From NCBI GenBank assembly GCA_003212795.1, contig QCOV01000001.1, forward strand, positions 27,321 through 91,320: a DNA stretch of 64,000 nt. Direction: 5' to 3'. This stretch comes from OCS116 cluster bacterium AG-435-F03. Lineage in GTDB: Bacteria; Pseudomonadota; Alphaproteobacteria; MED-G09. The notes under the pieces are model-generated. The model saw only the letters and a program-made list of their open reading frames with translations, made no database searches and was not told where the DNA came from. This document shows, one piece after another, positions 60,254 through 64,000 of this stretch; within the stretch, counting starts at the first letter, position 1; every line of letters begins with the position of its first letter. The position numbers were made by a program, and so were the translations under genes.

Positions 60254-60709
60254 TTAAAATTTCATCATTCCATAATCATCAGCCTCAGAATCAAGGTTAG
60301 CCGGATCATGGGTTTTGGCATTTAGCTCTGTATCTAAAAACTCATATACTTCAATTATTTTTGAATTTTCAATTTTAAATATCTGACAATAAGTTGTTTC
60401 AAAATCTGTACCATCAGTTGTTTCAGCTTTTCCAGTCATCAAGCCTACCGCTCTCTCTTCATCAGCACACATTATTTTCCATTTACCAGCAAATTCAACG
60501 GTTTCAGGTTTAAAAGATTTCATTACAGATGGCACCAGCTCACCGTAAACTCTATCCCTTCCTTCCCATCTTCCAGAAAATGGACCAGTTCCAATCATAT
60601 GAAAAATAACATCTTCACTCATTAAATTAATAACAGTATCGAAATCCCCTTGATTGATAGATTTGTAATATGTTTCCATTATTTGTCTATTTGTCGCGGC
60701 TTTGTTCAT
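60254..60709 (-). CDS. SnoaL/NTF2-like (ketosteroid-isomerase-like) small protein
   Basis: 151 aa. 'IMETYYKSINQGDFDTVINLMSEDVIFHM' is the typical NTF2-like N-terminal helix pattern. Confidence 0.65.
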   Translation of the reverse strand: MNKAATNRQIMETYYKSINQGDFDTVINLMSEDVIFHMIGTGPFSGRWEGRDRVYGELVPSVMKSFKPETVEFAGKWKIMCADEERAVGLMTGKAETTDGTDFETTYCQIFKIENSKIIEVYEFLDTELNAKTHDPANLDSEADDYGMMKF

Positions 60710-60793
60710 TTACATACCTTTTATTGTTGTTTAGTTTCTAATTTATTTCTATAAGACTAATTATATGCAGTCAAAATAATAAGGAGTTATTTA

Positions 60794-61939
60794 ATGAGTA
60801 TTCCATTTAATTTTCGGTTAACTGACTTTCCTGTTGAAGCAGAAACTCTGCGTCTTGAAGTTAGAGAATTTCTATCATCCGCATTAGTAGATGTACCTAA
60901 GGAGACTAGAGCAGAAACTTGGTACGGAGCTGACGAAGGTTTCAGTAGAAAAGTTGGTGAAAGAGGGTGGATTGGTTTGAGTTGGCCTACTGAATATGGC
61001 GGATCAGGTAGATCAGCTATGGAAAGATATGTTGTGCTCGAAGAAATGTTAACTGCAGGGGCTCCTGTAGGCGCTCATTGGATAGCTGACCGTCAATCTG
61101 GACCACTTATAATTCGATATGGAACACCCGAGCAACAAGAGAAAATATTACCTGGTATTCTTAGAGGTGAGACATATTTCTGTATTGGAATGTCTGAACC
61201 TGACTCAGGCTCAGATCTTGCTGCATTGAGAACTAAGGCAGAAAAAAAAGGCAATAAATATATTGTAAATGGAACAAAATTGTGGACTTCTGGGGCACAG
61301 CGCTGCCAATATATGATAGCTCTTTTTAGGACATCAAAAGAAGAAGATAGACACGGAGGTTTCAGTCAATTTATTGTTGATTTATCGCTTCCAGGAGTAA
61401 CAATAAGACCTATTATTGATCTTGCAGGTAGACATCATTTTAATGAAGTCGTATTTGAAGATGTAGAGGTTCCAGAAACAATGCTTGTTGGCAAGGAAGG
61501 TGATGGATGGAACCAGGTTACTGCAGAATTAGCTTTAGAAAGATCTGGTCCTGAGAGGTATTTATCAAGTTATGCCTTGCTACAAGAATTAATAAAAGAG
61601 TTTTCAGAAAGAAATGATTATGAAGGTGTTACAGAAATTGGAAGACAAATGGCGCATCTAACTACTTTAAGACAAATGTCAGTTTCTGTTGCAGGTATGT
61701 TAAATGATGGAGAGAATCCTGCATTAGAAGCTTCAGTTGTTAAAGATCTCGGGGCTGTTTTTGAACAAGACTTACCTAATATAGCTCATAGACTAATGGA
61801 CCTAGAACCTGATAATCAAGGTAATGATTTTCAAAAATACCTCGCAATATTAACTCAGATCTCTCCTTCTTTCTCTCTTAGAGGCGGAACAAGAGAAATT
61901 TTAAGAGGCATTATAGCAAGGGGGTTAGGTTTAAGATAA
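60794..61939 (+). CDS. acyl-CoA dehydrogenase family protein (first of a translationally coupled pair)
   Basis: ACAD middle domain 'CIGMSEPDSGSDLAAL'. The C-terminus 'RGGTREILRGIIAR' lacks Glu at the canonical YEGT position. AAGGAG RBS. Confidence 0.85.
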   Translation: MSIPFNFRLTDFPVEAETLRLEVREFLSSALVDVPKETRAETWYGADEGFSRKVGERGWIGLSWPTEYGGSGRSAMERYVVLEEMLTAGAPVGAHWIADRQSGPLIIRYGTPEQQEKILPGILRGETYFCIGMSEPDSGSDLAALRTKAEKKGNKYIVNGTKLWTSGAQRCQYMIALFRTSKEEDRHGGFSQFIVDLSLPGVTIRPIIDLAGRHHFNEVVFEDVEVPETMLVGKEGDGWNQVTAELALERSGPERYLSSYALLQELIKEFSERNDYEGVTEIGRQMAHLTTLRQMSVSVAGMLNDGENPALEASVVKDLGAVFEQDLPNIAHRLMDLEPDNQGNDFQKYLAILTQISPSFSLRGGTREILRGIIARGLGLR

Positions 61940-62985
61940 TGACTGATGAGACATCGCAATTATTGTCTGACACAGCTGAAAAACTTTTTAGTGATCATGT
62001 TACAAAAAACTGTATAATTGATGCTGAAAAAGGTACATGGCCTGACGAATTATGGTCTGAAGTAATTGCTAATGGTTTCAATCTAATATTAGTTCCTGAA
62101 GAATTAGGCGGAGTTGGCGGCAACTGGATGAATGCTGGTATTCTTTTTAAAGCTTTAGGCAGATATCAAGCGCCTATTCCTCTAGCAGAAAATATTGTTG
62201 CCTCATATATTTTAAGTTTGGCAGGAATTTCACAACCTACAGACTCAATTCTAACGATACTTAATGGAGCCTTTGTAGCTGAAAATGATCTATTATCAGG
62301 GAGTTCACCAAGAACACCTTTTGCTTCTTACTCAACTCATGGTGTGGTTTTATATAAAGATGGTAGTGATTTAAAGGTTGGATTAATTGAGATTGATAAA
62401 AATAACTTAAAGGATAACAATAATATTGCTTTAGAAAATAGAGGACATATTGAATTAGACAAAGTTTCATTTATTGAGAATTCTAAAGTTGATTGCGACT
62501 CAAATTTAGTAAAAAAATTAGGTGCTTTAATGCGATCAAATCAGATGGCAGGAGCCCTTGAGTCTATATTGACCCAGTCCGTTAGATATGCAAATGAGAG
62601 AATTCAATTTGGCAGACCAATAGGTAAATTCCAAGCAATACAGCAAGACCTTGCAGTCTTATCTACACATGTTGCTGCATCATCTGTGGCAGCAGATTAT
62701 GCATGTTCTTCAATGGATAAAGGTAATCCAGATTTTGCTATTGCGGTTGCAAAAAGTAGAATTGATGATGCTGTATCAGTTGGCGCTGGAATCGCACATC
62801 AGGTGCATGGTGCAATTGGTTTCACTTATGAGCATGGACTCCATTTTGCAACAAGAAGATTATGGGCTTGGAGAGCAGAGTATGGTTCGGGCAGTGAATG
62901 GTCTAAAGTTCTTGGAGAAAAAGCGATTTCTAATGGTGCGGATAAATTTTGGCCTTCAATAACGCAAGGTGATCTAGATATATGA
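61939..62985 (+). CDS. acyl-CoA dehydrogenase family protein (second subunit of the pair)
   Basis: 348 aa, ACAD-like ('RYANERIQFGRPIGKFQAIQQDLA'). Start overlaps the upstream stop (TAATG). Confidence 0.8.
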   Translation: MTDETSQLLSDTAEKLFSDHVTKNCIIDAEKGTWPDELWSEVIANGFNLILVPEELGGVGGNWMNAGILFKALGRYQAPIPLAENIVASYILSLAGISQPTDSILTILNGAFVAENDLLSGSSPRTPFASYSTHGVVLYKDGSDLKVGLIEIDKNNLKDNNNIALENRGHIELDKVSFIENSKVDCDSNLVKKLGALMRSNQMAGALESILTQSVRYANERIQFGRPIGKFQAIQQDLAVLSTHVAASSVAADYACSSMDKGNPDFAIAVAKSRIDDAVSVGAGIAHQVHGAIGFTYEHGLHFATRRLWAWRAEYGSGSEWSKVLGEKAISNGADKFWPSITQGDLDI

Positions 62986-63437
62986 TAAGTAGCTCTATGA
63001 ATTGGAGGTATTATGAAGATATTGAAGTTGGTGAAGAAAGAAAATCAAAATCAATAATCATAACAGAAAAAGAAATAATTGATTTTGCTGAAAAATATGA
63101 TCCTCAATGGTTTCATTCAGATCCAGAAGCATCTAAAGAATCTAGTTTTAAGGGTTTAATAGCGAGCGGAATTCATGTTGCCGCAATCTGGAGATTACTT
63201 GATCATGACGCAAATGGTGACATTAAATTTGTATGTGGAATCGGATGGGAAAATGTGAGGTGGCAGAATCCATTAAGACCTGGAGATGAAGTATATGTAT
63301 GGTCAAAATGTTTGTCGAAGAGCGATACATCATCGAATGAGAGAGGTGTAGTAATTTTTGATCACGGACTAAAAAGAAAAGACGAGATTGATTTGCTTAC
63401 TTTTAAAGGGACATGCCTAGTTTATAAAAAAAAATAG
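62982..63437 (+). CDS. MaoC-like hot-dog fold enoyl-CoA hydratase
   Basis: 151 aa. 'DPQWFHSDPEASKESSFKGLIASGIHVAAI' matches the MaoC dehydratase motif region. Overlaps the ACAD stop (ATGA). Confidence 0.8.
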   Translation: MISSSMNWRYYEDIEVGEERKSKSIIITEKEIIDFAEKYDPQWFHSDPEASKESSFKGLIASGIHVAAIWRLLDHDANGDIKFVCGIGWENVRWQNPLRPGDEVYVWSKCLSKSDTSSNERGVVIFDHGLKRKDEIDLLTFKGTCLVYKKK

Positions 63438-63450
63438 GTCACCATATTTC

Positions 63451-64000
63451 TTATTCTGAAATTTCAAAATTCAACAAAACATTTCCAGCTAATCTACCAC
63501 CATACTGATAACCAGAATTAATTAGCAAATTATCATCCACTATAACTGGTCCATCAGATTCAATTGATCCGCCACTCGCTTCTATTCCAGCAAGTTCGGT
63601 AAAATCAACATTTGTATTAAATTCCCAGAGAAGTTCACCACTATTTTTATCCAAAACATAAACCCAGCCATCAAAACCTCCACCAATTACGAGGTCATTT
63701 GTTGCTGTAAGTGCTGCAGAAATACCAACATCACAAGCAGGTTTTGAATTTTCTGAACATCTATCGACTGGAGTAAACTTCCAATTAAGTTTTCCTGACA
63801 TCCCATCAAGTGAATATATTCCAGGTGTTGCAGGACCAGGAAATTTATTTATAAAATTTGTATCTGCAACAGCTGCAAAAATACTTTTGTTATCTGTTGC
63901 CATTCCCCAATGTACTCCACCAGCAAATCCACCTTTCCCAATCCTTTTAATCCATAGTGGCTTACCTTTATTATCAGGATCAAGACCATAAACATGTCCA
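63451..64000 (-). CDS. PQQ-repeat beta-propeller protein (quinoprotein dehydrogenase-like), C-terminal part; 5' end outside the window
   Basis: The reading frame stays open to position 64000 upstream of the annotated Met. Repeats 'GHVYGLDPDNKGKPLW' and 'GWVYVLDKNSGELLWEF' are PQQ-type propeller blades. Confidence 0.7.
   Translation of the reverse strand, partial: GHVYGLDPDNKGKPLWIKRIGKGGFAGGVHWGMATDNKSIFAAVADTNFINKFPGPATPGIYSLDGMSGKLNWKFTPVDRCSENSKPACDVGISAALTATNDLVIGGGFDGWVYVLDKNSGELLWEFNTNVDFTELAGIEASGGSIESDGPVIVDDNLLINSGYQYGGRLAGNVLLNFEISE

Overview
This is an AT-rich (about 30% GC), tightly packed chromosomal segment with overlapping stop and start codons and few Shine-Dalgarno sites. 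Gene content and style fit a streamlined marine alphaproteobacterium (SAR11/Pelagibacterales-like). That placement is an inference from composition and gene content only.

Housekeeping genes:
- tRNA-Phe, then metF and metH on the minus strand.
- A YacG-like zinc-ribbon ORF and infA.
- The block UPF0262, hisD, DUF2948, murA.
- tRNA-Thr, moaA, and a stand-alone rpoN.

Catabolic and transport loci:
- A Rieske oxygenase with an alpha/beta-hydrolase.
- Two GPH/MFS_2 transporters, two family-III CoA-transferases, and two HSL-type esterases.
- DUF4212 with an SSS transporter, and a DASS symporter.
- A valine/isobutyrate-type operon: acs, mmsB, 3-hydroxyisobutyryl-CoA hydrolase, an ACAD, and a CoA-acylating aldehyde dehydrogenase.
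- A beta-oxidation block: SCP-x-type thiolase plus DUF35, acyl-CoA synthetase, ACAD, and an FAD-linked oxidase.
- An outer-membrane-protein + amt operon behind a near-consensus sigma-54 promoter.
- A secreted haloalkane-dehalogenase-like hydrolase followed by a tripartite RND efflux pump.
- A P450 – rhodanese – SnoaL – ACAD pair – MaoC block.
- A partial PQQ beta-propeller protein at the 3' edge.

I found no transposase, integrase, CRISPR array or obvious defence genes.

Leads for follow-up:
- An orphan, strongly signalled 73-aa hydrophobic ORF in a 380-bp spacer after tRNA-Thr.
- The sigma-54-driven OM-protein/Amt pair.
- A sterol-side-chain-like beta-oxidation gene set (thiolase+DUF35, ACAD pair, MaoC hydratases, P450).
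- Apparent replacement of MmsA by an EutE-type aldehyde dehydrogenase.

All functional calls are made by eye from motifs in the translated ORFs. No database search was possible.
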